64,000 bases of DNA from an uncultured virus (IMG/VR IMGVR_UViG_3300042691_045142) (IMGVR_UViG_3300042691_045142), one strand, 5' to 3'. Positions 19,492 to 29,761 are shown, numbered from the stretch's first letter. Made by a program: numbers and translations. Notes: a model not told the origin generated them from the sequence alone.

Positions 19492-22475
19492 TATACTAAT
19501 CCTACTCCGGCAATGAACCAAGTATCAGAGGAGACCTTGGTCACGCTGGCCACACCATATGATGTCAAGGTGCGATCAGACGAGGTTGAGTTACCTGCGA
19601 GATACAAGGTAACACCCACTCCACGTAACACTGATACGTTACCTGCACCTTGGTTAATGATGTTTATGGTAGCACCTACCTGGAACGCTTGGCTGGCATT
19701 GTTGGCTATGGTCAAGGTCAGGGCTGATGCTGATGTGGAGTAGTAGTGCTTGCCAGCATCGGTGGTAGCGATAGTGGTATTAGCTGCCAAACTCAACTGT
19801 GGTATGTCTCTGTAGCCTATGGCAAATCCTTCTACATTGCCTACTACGTTACCTGTGGTGACTAGATTACTGCTTACCACATTGCCTGTGGCGTTGATGT
19901 TACCAGCCGTGATGTTACCTGTGGTGACCACAGTATTTGATCCAAACGCACTCATCAGGGTAACCACGTTCGAGTCACCGTATGAACTGCCGCCGCCCAG
20001 GCTAACTGCTGTACCGTTGGCATAGTTTACTGAGAATGTATTGCCCGGTAATACGAGATTGCCTGCGTTGTTGAATGTCCACTGATAAACACCAGCCACG
20101 ATGTCAACGTTGGCACTGGTACCTGTGACGTTGCCTGTGATACTGATATTGCCTATGAAGTTGTTAGCTGTGACATTACCTGTGGTAACGATAGTGTTGG
20201 ATCCATAGTTGGCCAGGAAGTTGGCCACATTGGCATTGCCATAACTCGTGGCCACACCTGTTAGGAAAGCACCATTGCCCAGGACATAGTTGCCTGATAC
20301 GTTACCCGATGCTGAGATGTTGCCCACGCTCAAGGTATTAGTGTCTGTACGATAACTTAGATCTACATCTGCACGAACAATCTGTTCTGTGGTACGATTT
20401 TCAATAAATGTGGGATAGTATGTTGTGCCCAGTCCATTGGTATCAGTAACATCAACAGTGACGGCATTGACTGAGGTAAGTTCACTGCCGTTGCCGATAA
20501 AATAGTTGGCAGTAACATTACCAATAAATGAAGCATCCGAGAAACCGTTGATGCTGGGTGCAGGGCTGGCTCCAGAGCCAACGATACCTGTGGTAACAAC
20601 AAGATATCCACTGTTAGGTAAAGTCAAGTTGCCCGTGGTGTCAAAGGTCCATTGATATTGTGTTACGCCATTGGGCGAAGTGTAGATCTCTACATTGGCA
20701 TCGTCCACTCGCACCTGCGTGTTTTCATTGTTGCTGATCATCTGCACCGAAGCATTGGCCGCGGCATACACAGCACCCCCGGTGTTGACAGTGCCATCTG
20801 GGTAGGTCAGATTGCCGGTGGCATCAAATGTCCAGGTTGGAGTGGTATTGGCTGAATCAGCAACAATAGCAAAGTCAACTGCCGAAGTAATGCTGAAGAA
20901 ATCGTTTAAGCTGGGCGACGCACTGGCATCCCCAGAGTAGTTGATGTTGCCTGGTATAGTCAGCACACCAGTGTTGTCAAAGTTCCAGTAGTTTACAACA
21001 GTGGCGTTGTTGCCCACAGCGATCAGCACATTGCTGGCACCGTTGGTATATGGAGTATTGAATCCTACTACCGCTATGCTATCAGGAGCATTGGTATTTG
21101 CGGCCCAGCCCATGACCATTATGGCATTGGCACCTTCGCCAACCACTTGGAGAGCAGAATCATATTGAAGAATGCTCGAACCGCCAGCAGGAGAAGGACC
21201 AATCACCAGATTGGCCGGGGTGACTAGATTGCCATCAGTGGCAAAGTTCCAAGTCGCGGAACCGTTGGCTGTGACATTGACATTGCCGTCGGCTGTGGCT
21301 ATTTCCACATTGCTGGTGCCATTGAGTATTCGATTGGTATTGAGTCCGGTGAGTTGGCTACCATTGCCAAACAAGTAATCAGCTGTGATATTGCCTGTGG
21401 TAGTGATCGAGGTAGTGCTGTTGTTAGACAGTATAGGTTCGCCATTGACTGTGAGCACATTGGCTGATGTCAGGCCAATGGGCACAGAATTCATGTAGAT
21501 AGTGGAGTTTGATACCCAGAGGTCTTTCCACTGGAAGCCGGCACTTCCCAAACTATAAACATTGGTCGTAGCAGGCAAGATGTTGCCCACGTTCTCTATG
21601 GTCAGGTCGTCGAACACCACGTTGCCCACGTAGGTTGTGGGATCAGGAACCAGACTGGGGCTGAGATCGATGAACTGGCTGTTGTATTTTACATAGGCTC
21701 GACCATCCACTGAGTTCCACCAGATAGCTCCATTGCCAATGGCTGGTGCTGTGTTAGAGATAGTGGCGCCAATGATATTTGTAAGTTGGCTACCATCACC
21801 AATGAAATAGTTGGCAGTGACATTGCCTGTGAAGTTGCCGTTGACAGCGGCGATGTTTCCGTAGATAGTGGCATCGCTGACTGCTAGGCTAGTGCCCGTG
21901 ATGGGTCCGCCCACAGAAACACCTATATTCGTGGTCCAGACATTGTTGGCAGAATCGTAAAGGAAAGTGGCTATGTCATCGTTGGCACCCACAGTGATGC
22001 CTGATCCATTGGCTGCCGAGTCAGTCGTGGCTGTGTTGGCCAACTGTATGGTCTTGGTGTCTGTAGTGATATTGCCAATCTGGATGGTGTTGCCAACCAC
22101 AGTGAGATTGCCACCGATGTAGGCATCTCCAGGAACAGTCAACCCATCATTTATGGTTATATTGCCAGCTGTGACATTGCCTACAAAAAGTCCGCGCCAG
22201 CGATTGGTTACACTACCCAAAAACCAAGTGTTATTTGCGCCAGGAATAGTGTTGTTGTTTAGACGTACATTCCCCACACCATTTGGGCTCAACGCCAGAT
22301 CTTGATTGACCTGTAACGTAGAAATAACATTGCCTTGGATCCGTACGTTGGAGCCAACAGGGCCGGCTGCCCAGATTTGATCAAAGTTATTATCCGTCTT
22401 TATGAAGGCTGTACGTAAGGGATCACCGGTTCCACTGTTGGGAGCCGTGCCTACATCGATGATTTGTTCTGCCAT
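19491..22475 (-). CDS. Long tail fibre-like protein with gp9/gp10-like N-terminus
   Basis: IDVGTAPNSGTGDPLRTAFIK; repeated GNVTANYFIGNGSQLT and WTFDxTGNLTxP units. Confidence 0.8.
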   Translation of the reverse strand: MAEQIIDVGTAPNSGTGDPLRTAFIKTDNNFDQIWAAGPVGSNVRIQGNVISTLQVNQDLALSPNGVGNVRLNNNTIPGANNTWFLGSVTNRWRGLFVGNVTAGNITINDGLTVPGDAYIGGNLTVVGNTIQIGNITTDTKTIQLANTATTDSAANGSGITVGANDDIATFLYDSANNVWTTNIGVSVGGPITGTSLAVSDATIYGNIAAVNGNFTGNVTANYFIGDGSQLTNIIGATISNTAPAIGNGAIWWNSVDGRAYVKYNSQFIDLSPSLVPDPTTYVGNVVFDDLTIENVGNILPATTNVYSLGSAGFQWKDLWVSNSTIYMNSVPIGLTSANVLTVNGEPILSNNSTTSITTTGNITADYLFGNGSQLTGLNTNRILNGTSNVEIATADGNVNVTANGSATWNFATDGNLVTPANLVIGPSPAGGSSILQYDSALQVVGEGANAIMVMGWAANTNAPDSIAVVGFNTPYTNGASNVLIAVGNNATVVNYWNFDNTGVLTIPGNINYSGDASASPSLNDFFSITSAVDFAIVADSANTTPTWTFDATGNLTYPDGTVNTGGAVYAAANASVQMISNNENTQVRVDDANVEIYTSPNGVTQYQWTFDTTGNLTLPNSGYLVVTTGIVGSGASPAPSINGFSDASFIGNVTANYFIGNGSELTSVNAVTVDVTDTNGLGTTYYPTFIENRTTEQIVRADVDLSYRTDTNTLSVGNISASGNVSGNYVLGNGAFLTGVATSYGNANVANFLANYGSNTIVTTGNVTANNFIGNISITGNVTGTSANVDIVAGVYQWTFNNAGNLVLPGNTFSVNYANGTAVSLGGGSSYGDSNVVTLMSAFGSNTVVTTGNITAGNINATGNVVSSNLVTTGNVVGNVEGFAIGYRDIPQLSLAANTTIATTDAGKHYYSTSASALTLTIANNASQAFQVGATINIINQGAGNVSVLRGVGVTLYLAGNSTSSDRTLTSYGVASVTKVSSDTWFIAGVGLV

Positions 22476-22525
22476 TTGCCTATTCCTTTTTTATATTTAC
22501 CGGAATAGGCTGTTTGAGAAAGTTG

Positions 22526-22849
22526 CTAGTAAGGTGAGAAACTGCTACCGCATCCGCAGGTTGTGGTAGCATTGGGGTTATTGATCACAAAGTTTGAGCC
22601 CATGACGTCGTCCTTGTAGTCTATTTCGGCGCCTTGCAAGTAGCCCCAACTCATTGAATCTACCAAGATTTTTACACCATCATATTCAAAATCAAAATCA
22701 TCTTCATTTTGTGCTTCGTCCAAGGTAAATCCGTATTGCATACCCGAGCATCCGCCGCCCTGCACGAACACACGCAGTTTAAGATTGGGATTGTTTTCTT
22801 CGGCTAGAATGTCTTTTAGTTTAACGACAGCAGGGTCTTTGACTTGCAT
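22526..22849 (-). CDS. erpA: A-type Fe-S carrier ErpA/IscA
   Basis: [17 protein letters not shown] and [14 protein letters not shown]. Confidence 0.95.
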   Translation of the reverse strand: MQVKDPAVVKLKDILAEENNPNLKLRVFVQGGGCSGMQYGFTLDEAQNEDDFDFEYDGVKILVDSMSWGYLQGAEIDYKDDVMGSNFVINNPNATTTCGCGSSFSPY

Positions 22850-23421
22850 TATGCGATCACTCCGATACGCTCATTGATGACTTCCCAGTTGATGATACGC
22901 CAGATATTATCTAGGTACTTTTCTTTGTCTTGTTGATAATCCAATGCCCAGGCATGTTCCCACCAATCAATAAGTAGGGCTATATCTGTGCGCACAGCAT
23001 GATTCCGGATCGTTTTAATCTCGCCCGAAGTGCTCAAATATACCCAACCTGAACCTTGTATTTTCATTGCTGTTTCTTTCACAGCATCTTTGAAAGCATC
23101 AAAGTCGTCGAACTTCATCTCAATGAGTTGTAGGCTGGGGCCCCTGGGCCTGTTTGCGGCTTTAGGAGCCCTAAACTGAGGGAAGAACATATTGTGTAAA
23201 AAACTGCCAGCACGATTAAAATCCGCATTGCCTTCTCCTGCGTTGTAGCGTTTAGCATAACCTCGCGCCAGGTGTTCAAAATGATAATCTAGGGTTTTTT
23301 CGCTCATCACAGGATCCAGGTCCTTGACTCCATAAGGCAGGGGAGTGGTTTCTAGCTTGGCTGGACGTGTGGTGGCTTCTAAAAGATTAATAAAATCTGC
23401 TAATGATGCGGCGGTATCCAT
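22849..23421 (-). CDS. sod: Fe/Mn superoxide dismutase (divergent)
   Basis: LPYG..LDP, YH, HNMFF, GSGWVYL, DWWEHA. Confidence 0.9.
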   Translation of the reverse strand: MDTAASLADFINLLEATTRPAKLETTPLPYGVKDLDPVMSEKTLDYHFEHLARGYAKRYNAGEGNADFNRAGSFLHNMFFPQFRAPKAANRPRGPSLQLIEMKFDDFDAFKDAVKETAMKIQGSGWVYLSTSGEIKTIRNHAVRTDIALLIDWWEHAWALDYQQDKEKYLDNIWRIINWEVINERIGVIA

Positions 23422-23429
23422 ACTACTAT

Positions 23430-23648
23430 TTACCGGCGGCGGGTTATGCGCCCCTTGGTTAGATCGTACATGGAAAATTCTATTTCTACCCGATCCCCTA
23501 GCAGTATTTTGATATTGTTCATGCGCATTTTTCCCGAGATAATGCCCATGACTTCTTTTTCAATATTGTCCACTTTTACACGGAACATGGCATTTGGCAA
23601 CACATCCGTGACAGTGCCCTCCATCCGGATACCTTCTTCTTTAGCCAA
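23430..23648 (-). CDS. infA: Translation initiation factor IF-1
   Basis: [43 protein letters not shown]. Confidence 0.95.
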   Translation of the reverse strand: MAKEEGIRMEGTVTDVLPNAMFRVKVDNIEKEVMGIISGKMRMNNIKILLGDRVEIEFSMYDLTKGRITRRR

Positions 23649-24009
23649 TTTTGAACTCGATCCTTTGCAAACGATCCCAACGGAAACTGCGCCAGGCAGC
23701 CTGCTCGATATCCCAGATCTTGCAGACGTCGTTGTTTACTTTAGCGGGTAGGTGTGCTTTTTCTACGGGCACTTCGACATTTTCTTTCACGATATACTTA
23801 GCACCGTGTTCTTCGCTGAGAGTGCAATTCATCACACGGGTAGAACCGTCGGCCTTGGTAAACTCTATCAACACAGGACCATCTTGCAAGACTCCTTTGA
23901 TAAAACTCCGGAACTCCTCTCTTTCGGATTCAGCGGATTCTGTGTAATAGTTGCCTGGTTTTCCGTTGAGTCGGTTCCAAACTGATTGCTGTTCAAATGT
24001 CAGTGCCAT
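23641..24009 (-). CDS. WYL_2/Sm-like SH3-fold phage protein
   Basis: [17 protein letters not shown]....WRSFR. Confidence 0.7.
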   Translation of the reverse strand: MALTFEQQSVWNRLNGKPGNYYTESAESEREEFRSFIKGVLQDGPVLIEFTKADGSTRVMNCTLSEEHGAKYIVKENVEVPVEKAHLPAKVNNDVCKIWDIEQAAWRSFRWDRLQRIEFKIG

Positions 24010-24307
24010 TGTCGTTACCCCATGCTAGTGTCATAATAAGTTGATCTTCGGATTCAGTAAAATACCAGATCATGTAATCTTTGTTTATTTCTGTGCGATA
24101 TCGGTGTCCAGGTAACCCAAAATGCTCTATGGTCCAGGCGCAGACTTCATTCCAGTGTTCCATGTATGGATTATTTTCCCAGTCGAGTCGTACAGGATAT
24201 TCAAAGGTTTTTGTAGAGTCGTGACCTGACCTTACCACAGCACTGGATGACCTAGTGCTGTGACGCCATTTGCCTGCGTGATAATCAGGTGGAACGATCA
24301 GGGTCAT
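23993..24307 (-). CDS. Hypothetical protein
   Basis: 104-aa ORF in operon. Confidence 0.6.
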   Translation of the reverse strand: MTLIVPPDYHAGKWRHSTRSSSAVVRSGHDSTKTFEYPVRLDWENNPYMEHWNEVCAWTIEHFGLPGHRYRTEINKDYMIWYFTESEDQLIMTLAWGNDNGTDI

Positions 24308-24515
24308 CTACTGCCTCTACGGACCGGGTTTCCCAATCTGCAACATCATCCACGTCTGGTCCAAACCTTGCTCCGTAGGAGAGTGTGACTTCCTGTTCAA
24401 GGAGAACTTTTTTATCCGTATTATCAGTGACTGTGAGGTGTCCGTGTGAGTCGTTGATTCGGGTCACTCGACAGTCGTAGCGGTTATCCAAGGTTGATTG
24501 CCAAATAGTATCCAT
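24285..24515 (-). CDS. Hypothetical protein
   Basis: 76-aa ORF with GAGGAG upstream. Confidence 0.65.
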   Translation of the reverse strand: MDTIWQSTLDNRYDCRVTRINDSHGHLTVTDNTDKKVLLEQEVTLSYGARFGPDVDDVADWETRSVEAVDDPDRST

Positions 24516-24516
24516 A

Positions 24517-24903
24517 TTATCTCCTCATGGTTGCAATGGCCACGGCTTCTTCGTCTGAGAAGATAGGCACAGCATTGGACTTGTGCATGGTACCAATGCC
24601 CTTGATCTTGGTACCTGTGTAGACTTTTTCAGCAGGCTTCACACAAGGACCACCAGTGAACGGCAAGCTATTGATATGCGGAGTTTCTCTGCGAAACACC
24701 GTGGGTGCTGGCTTCCAGGTTTCTGCAGTCATGGCTCGACGTTGTCGTTTCTTTTCTTGCTCAACTCCGTGACGTTTCAGCATTTCTTTCCAGGATTGAT
24801 CCAGTTGCTCGGCCTGCCGCTTGTGTTCGGCGCTGGCCCATTTTTTCTTGCCTTTTTTCTTGCCAGTGGTCGACAGCCAAGGGCCTTCTAGATGCATGGT
24901 CAT
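24517..24903 (-). CDS. Basic phage hypothetical protein
   Basis: YTGTKIKGIGTMHKSNAVPIF C-terminal motif; own sigma70 promoter. Confidence 0.7.
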   Translation of the reverse strand: MTMHLEGPWLSTTGKKKGKKKWASAEHKRQAEQLDQSWKEMLKRHGVEQEKKRQRRAMTAETWKPAPTVFRRETPHINSLPFTGGPCVKPAEKVYTGTKIKGIGTMHKSNAVPIFSDEEAVAIATMRR

Positions 24904-24932
24904 TGTAGACTCCGTAATCCTAACATTGTAGT

Positions 24933-24961
24933 ATTATACGAGATATTGGATTATTGGTCAA
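24933..24961 (-). promoter_or_regulatory. Sigma70-type early promoter
   Basis: TTGACC-17 bp-TATAAT on minus strand. Confidence 0.85.
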
Positions 24962-25284
24962 CCACGATCCAAATGCTGTCTTTTTGGTAAGATTTTTGCC
25001 CAGTCTTCAGCATCGGGCAGTTGATCGATTTTTCTTGTTAGGCTGGGCCAGATCTGACTGAGTTCCCGATTGATCTCGATAAACTCTCGTTGGTCCTCAG
25101 GAACATCCTGGTCGCAATAGATAGCGTTGACAGGGCATTCAGGAACACATACCGCACAGTCGATACACTCGTCAGGATCAATGACCAGAAAGTTAGGCCC
25201 AGCTTTGAAACAATCCACTGGACAAACGTCAACGCAATCTGTGTACTTGCATCGGATGCAAGATTCTGTCACTACATAGGTCAT
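24958..25284 (-). CDS. fdxA: 7Fe ferredoxin FdxA
   Basis: [41 protein letters not shown]. Confidence 0.95.
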   Translation of the reverse strand: MTYVVTESCIRCKYTDCVDVCPVDCFKAGPNFLVIDPDECIDCAVCVPECPVNAIYCDQDVPEDQREFIEINRELSQIWPSLTRKIDQLPDAEDWAKILPKRQHLDRG

Positions 25285-25286
25285 TG

Positions 25287-26087
25287 TTATTCCTTGGGCA
25301 TGATGCAAACAGGAATGGCCTGCATCTTGTGAGAGTTACGAGCACGAAGCTCTTGATAGCGTTTCAGCTTCCAGCGATCATCTGCACTGAGTTTGTGGCT
25401 GCCTGGCATCTGTGAATCTACTATTGCGGCACGTTTCAATAGATCCAGACTCATCATGCGCTCTAGATCAGGATAGCTCATGCCCAGCTGATCCTCGTCG
25501 GTGCGACCATCTGCCCAGAGTCCATCTGTGGGTGCGGCATCAATGATTTCTGGCATGACACCAAGTTCACGACCCATATCCCAAACATCGGTCTTCATGC
25601 AATCCCCAATGGGGCTGATATCCACACCACCATCTCCATACTTGGTAAAGAAGCCCACCCCAAAATCCTCGACTTTATTTCCGGTACCTACAACAATACC
25701 CCCGGTGGTCTGCGCGATCTGATACAAGGTCATCATGCGCAAGCGACTGCGACTGTTGGCGAAGGCCAACTCATTGTCAAATAAATCACCTGTGGCTTTT
25801 TCAAACTGTTTAAATGTGGGTGTTAGGTCTACAGTGTAGTTTTCAGCATTGTCAAACTGTGTTGTTAACCAATAAGCGTGTTTTACGCTGAGTTCGTGGG
25901 TGTGCTTGCTCTGCCGGATAGGCATACTCACTGCCATGGTATGGATGCCAGTGCGAGCGCACAAGGTAGATACCACAGCGGAATCAATACCGCCCGATAC
26001 CCCCACAACCAAGGTGCCTATTTTGTTCCGGGTGGCATAGCTCTTGATCCACTTTGTTATGTGATTGATTCTTTGTTTTGGTGTCAT
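25287..26087 (-). CDS. nadE: NH3-dependent NAD+ synthetase
   Basis: [42 protein letters not shown]. Confidence 0.95.
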   Translation of the reverse strand: MTPKQRINHITKWIKSYATRNKIGTLVVGVSGGIDSAVVSTLCARTGIHTMAVSMPIRQSKHTHELSVKHAYWLTTQFDNAENYTVDLTPTFKQFEKATGDLFDNELAFANSRSRLRMMTLYQIAQTTGGIVVGTGNKVEDFGVGFFTKYGDGGVDISPIGDCMKTDVWDMGRELGVMPEIIDAAPTDGLWADGRTDEDQLGMSYPDLERMMSLDLLKRAAIVDSQMPGSHKLSADDRWKLKRYQELRARNSHKMQAIPVCIMPKE

Positions 26088-26845
26088 ATAGAGTTGTTTC
26101 TTTTTAAAAAATCATATAAAATTTTATGTGCTTCTCGATTTGGATGTGTTCCGTCAGGATAAAACAAGTCTTTGCGTTCATCAAATATATCACTTCTTTG
26201 ATGACCTCGGTCTATTTCGTCCAACAGTATTTCCATCGCCTGAACATCAGTGGTGTGTTGTTTGAGCAGTTTTAAAAAATCCATGGCCCTGGGGTCAGTT
26301 GAAAACACTGAAAACACAGGATTTTCTATGGTAGCACAGCCATTGATCAATAGATTGACCATGCTTTGACAGATTATTTCAAGACCTGGGTATGTTTTTT
26401 GAAAATCATCAAACAACAATGTATCACTACAGCCCCCAATGAGTTTGATTGTGACATCCCATTCTTGGGCCAATGCAGACAGATCGTAGTAGAATCTTGA
26501 GTTTATTCTGTCTCTCAGAATCATGGGCTGATTGTAAAAGTCTTTGTCTTCAGGATCCATGTAAGCAAAATCTCTAGTCCATTCTGATTTGAATACAATA
26601 ACTTGTTTGTTAGGGTACGATCTTAGATGATGATTGTTAAAGAAAAAGTTTCTTATTCTCAAATAACTCTCTCGATTTGATGATCCACCCTGGCCAACAT
26701 TGACAACCATCTGCCCTTCTTCGTGTAGATATTGCGATAAGCCGCCGTGAGTTATATCAGACGTAGGATGCTTGCAGGCATGCCATTCTCCCACACTCCA
26801 GCTATCACCGGAAATCAAAGATAGTTTTTGATTGTCAAAGGTCAT
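26084..26845 (-). CDS. SGNH-hydrolase-like protein
   Basis: GDSW, GxSN, DGTHPN..H motifs. Confidence 0.75.
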   Translation of the reverse strand: MTFDNQKLSLISGDSWSVGEWHACKHPTSDITHGGLSQYLHEEGQMVVNVGQGGSSNRESYLRIRNFFFNNHHLRSYPNKQVIVFKSEWTRDFAYMDPEDKDFYNQPMILRDRINSRFYYDLSALAQEWDVTIKLIGGCSDTLLFDDFQKTYPGLEIICQSMVNLLINGCATIENPVFSVFSTDPRAMDFLKLLKQHTTDVQAMEILLDEIDRGHQRSDIFDERKDLFYPDGTHPNREAHKILYDFLKRNNSI

Positions 26846-27581
26846 GCAAATGTTTTTCCTTGATAAAGTCGTATAATATTTTATGACCTTGTCTGTTGGG
26901 ATGTATGCCGTCAGGGTAAAAATATTGTGGATTTTCTCTCAGTAGACTTTCGCGTTGATATCCTTGGTCAATCAAATCAATCAGCTTTGTTATACTGTCA
27001 CTGTCCAGTAACTTTGATTTGATTTTTTGTACTAGTTCTTCAGTTCGTTGTTCATAGAAACTCAACACTGGTTGTTCAACTCTGTGATTGTTTTGCAGTA
27101 TGAGATTGGTCATGCTCTGACATATGATACGGCAACCGGGATAGTGTTGCTCCATGGTATCCAACCAAAGAGTATCGCTGTGCCCACCTATGATGTAAAC
27201 AGGGCAATCAACTTTTTGGGAGATGCCACTGAGATTACGATAAAAACGAGACACCCATCTCATTGCAATATCTTGTGGCTCTTTTATTTCATCCCAATCA
27301 TTGGATTCAAGATGTGTTTCCCAACCTTGGGCATGCTTATAGTCTCTGTTGTATTCAGTTTGAAATACAAAAATTAAGTCGATGTCGTGTTGCGGATGTC
27401 GACGAAAATATGTTTCAATACGTTGATAGATATCTTGATTTGATATTCCTTGATTGCTGATGTTGACTACTGTGTGTCCAGCTTCTGTAAGATATTGGTC
27501 AAAACCACGATGTGGGTTAAAGTTACAATCTTTGTCCCACTCTCCGCACCCCCAACTGTCGCCTGCTATTAAAAACTTCAC
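26835..27581 (-). CDS. SGNH-hydrolase-like protein (paralogue of adjacent gene)
   Basis: GDSW, GISN, DGIHPNRQGH motifs. Confidence 0.75.
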   Translation of the reverse strand: MKFLIAGDSWGCGEWDKDCNFNPHRGFDQYLTEAGHTVVNISNQGISNQDIYQRIETYFRRHPQHDIDLIFVFQTEYNRDYKHAQGWETHLESNDWDEIKEPQDIAMRWVSRFYRNLSGISQKVDCPVYIIGGHSDTLWLDTMEQHYPGCRIICQSMTNLILQNNHRVEQPVLSFYEQRTEELVQKIKSKLLDSDSITKLIDLIDQGYQRESLLRENPQYFYPDGIHPNRQGHKILYDFIKEKHLHDL

Positions 27582-28024
27582 TTGATCTCCGGCGGCGGCA
27601 TTTTTTTAAGTGTGTCCCACATTTCGCTTTGTTCCTGCAGTTTTTTTTCCAAGGCACGATATTGTTCTCCCAACTCGCGCAGTTGATCCCATTCAGCTTC
27701 GAGCTTTTCGTTGGGCTTTAGAATGTTAAGGCGTTCTTCGATCCGGCGTATTGCACTCATTAGGCTTTCGCCATTGACTTCGATGTCGGCGTTGGGTCCT
27801 TGCAAAGTGAGCTTGCCTGATGGTGGTTCTGTGATATTGGCCCAGGTGTATCCACCAGTTCCATTGGTGGTGGTTACCCAAGGTTGGTGAGCGATGCTGA
27901 TACTGCTGGCAGTTAAATCAAGATTGCTCAGCGTATACGTGGTTTCAATACCACTGCCAATCGTGATATTGGCAAAGTCTGCGCTCAAGTCGCTGGCGAA
28001 GAGATCTTTTTGCGTAGTGTCCAT
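27578..28024 (-). CDS. Hypothetical protein with C-terminal coiled coil
   Basis: IEERLNIL.PN..LE..W..LRELGEQYR.LE. Confidence 0.7.
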   Translation of the reverse strand: MDTTQKDLFASDLSADFANITIGSGIETTYTLSNLDLTASSISIAHQPWVTTTNGTGGYTWANITEPPSGKLTLQGPNADIEVNGESLMSAIRRIEERLNILKPNEKLEAEWDQLRELGEQYRALEKKLQEQSEMWDTLKKMPPPEIK

Positions 28025-28170
28025 GTTCCGTCCTTGTTATCAATCCAGTCGAGTTCATCACCCGGCTTCCATCCTAGATGTTCGCAGAGTTCATCGCCAA
28101 GGTCCAACAACAGTTCTCCGGGATGATCAGGATCCTCAACGATGGTTCGAACAAAACTATATCGAGTCAT
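27985..28170 (-). CDS. AbrB/MazE-like small DNA-binding protein
   Basis: GELLL.L..ELCE.LGWKPGDEL.W pattern. Confidence 0.55.
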   Translation of the reverse strand: MTRYSFVRTIVEDPDHPGELLLDLGDELCEHLGWKPGDELDWIDNKDGTWTLRKKISSPAT

Positions 28171-28370
28171 ATTTTCCTTGCACAGGTAAAAGCATTGGTT
28201 TCAAAGCGAAAGGAGTTGGCATACTTGCAGTCTAAAACTATGTCTGCTCCTTTCATATACCAACCGCTCCAGTATCCAATCACAAGAACGGCCAGTACGA
28301 TCAGCAGTTTTGGTGCCGCCCGGGTAAGTTTATCTTTGACTGCTTTCCATTCTTGGGTAGTAAGGAACAT
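28167..28370 (-). CDS. Small membrane protein
   Basis: One hydrophobic segment; coupled ORF. Confidence 0.55.
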   Translation of the reverse strand: MFLTTQEWKAVKDKLTRAAPKLLIVLAVLVIGYWSGWYMKGADIVLDCKYANSFRFETNAFTCARKI

Positions 28371-28378
28371 AGATGCTC

Positions 28379-29050
28379 TTATTCGTTCTTATTACCAAAC
28401 AACTGCAATAAGCTCACAAAGATATTGATAAAGTTGATGTATAGGCTCAGTGCGGCAAACCACTGCATGCGACCCACTTCTGATTCACTAGCACCCCAGA
28501 ACATGTCACGGATCCGATTCATGTCATAGGCAGTGAGACCCAGGAAGATCAGGATGGTCAGCACGTTCAAGGTCATCTGCAGGGCAGTGCTTGCCACGAA
28601 GATATTGACAACACCGGCAATGATCAACCCTATAACGCCTGCGAATAAGAATGGTCCCCATCCAGAGATATCACGCTTGGTGAAGTATCCCCATCCGGCC
28701 AGGGCACCGAAACTCACTGTGGTTCCAATCAAAGCCTGGGCGATGGATGCAGATGTATACACAGCAAAGATCAGGCTCAGGCTCAGCCCCATGGCAGCCG
28801 CAAAAGCGAAATACCAGGTCTTGATGGCACTCTCGGAAAGGCTGTCACCTTTCCAGGCCAAGTACAAACTCATGACCAGGGGAGCGAATACGATCACATA
28901 ACCTAGGACACCAGAGAACAACACGGGCACAAGACCCAATGATGCGATCAGGCCGGCAAATATTAGAGTGGCCAACACACCCAGGGCCATTCGACCCAGC
29001 ACACCAGCCACGGCTGTGTTGAGACTTTCAACTGCTGATAGTGTACTCAT
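28379..29050 (-). CDS. yccA: Bax inhibitor-1/YccA family membrane protein
   Basis: About 7 TM segments, YFTKRD, TAYD, ALSLYINFINIFVSLLQLFG. Confidence 0.9.
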   Translation of the reverse strand: MSTLSAVESLNTAVAGVLGRMALGVLATLIFAGLIASLGLVPVLFSGVLGYVIVFAPLVMSLYLAWKGDSLSESAIKTWYFAFAAAMGLSLSLIFAVYTSASIAQALIGTTVSFGALAGWGYFTKRDISGWGPFLFAGVIGLIIAGVVNIFVASTALQMTLNVLTILIFLGLTAYDMNRIRDMFWGASESEVGRMQWFAALSLYINFINIFVSLLQLFGNKNE

Positions 29051-29062
29051 ATTGATATCTCC

Positions 29063-29251
29063 TTACTTGGCTGCCAGGGCTTCTTTTTCTGCGGTGATTT
29101 CTTTGCGGCGTTCCTTGATACCTTTGCTCATTTCTTGCAGTGCTTTACGGGCACGAGCCGCCGCGGCTTTGACACCTTTCTGGGTAAACTTCTCGTTTTC
29201 GGCGAGGTAAGTTTCGAATGCTTGTTTGATTGCGTCGTGATTTTGTGACAT
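29063..29251 (-). CDS. Histone H1-like Hc1 family protein
   Basis: EKF..KGVKAAAARARKAL.E..K..KERRK; start at MSQNH after AAGGAG. Confidence 0.75.
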   Translation of the reverse strand: MSQNHDAIKQAFETYLAENEKFTQKGVKAAAARARKALQEMSKGIKERRKEITAEKEALAAK

Positions 29252-29479
29252 GTTATTCTCCTTGAATTTTGATTTGTTCACGTAAGGCATTTTGCCGACG
29301 GACACAGTCTTGCATCTGTCGTTGTACTGCCAGTTTGTCGGGAGCAGTTTCCAGCTCTCTGCTGAGAGAACGATACTCTGCCAGCAGTAGTTGTAACTGT
29401 TCTTTGAATTCGGTTTGATTCATTGATACTCCTTGCATTGTGCTATTATGTATGAAGCATAGTGGAATGTCAAGAGGTT

Positions 29480-29761
29480 TTACCACCAACTCAATGCTCT
29501 TCCAAAGCCGAACACATTGACTATGGCAAAGTAACCTGCCAGGATCATGCCCCATCCCAGTTGTCTTCTATAGTTGGCATACAGGCTAGAAATGGCCCCA
29601 ATGAAAAACCCTGGATACACTATGGCCATGTTTGGTGCTTGAGCTGTAAAAGCCAAAGTCAAACTGGCTCCCACAGTGAAAACGAAGCTGGCCATTTCAA
29701 ACCAAAAAGCAGTGCGGTCGGAGTGGAAACTGGCACTCCAGAAATCTCGTATTTTTTGCAA
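29480..29761 (-). CDS. Small 3-TM membrane protein
   Basis: Hydrophobic; resembles 57997..58287. Confidence 0.65.
   Translation of the reverse strand: MQKIRDFWSASFHSDRTAFWFEMASFVFTVGASLTLAFTAQAPNMAIVYPGFFIGAISSLYANYRRQLGWGMILAGYFAIVNVFGFGRALSWW

Noticed and set aside
10506..22475. Many N-x-S/T sequons suggesting N-glycosylation of fibres
   Set aside because: The proteins are so rich in Asn, Thr and Ser that the sequon number looks compatible with chance.
19491..22475. Diversity-generating retroelement acting on fibre tips
   Set aside because: No reverse transcriptase and no adenine-mismatched template/variable repeat pair were seen in this window.
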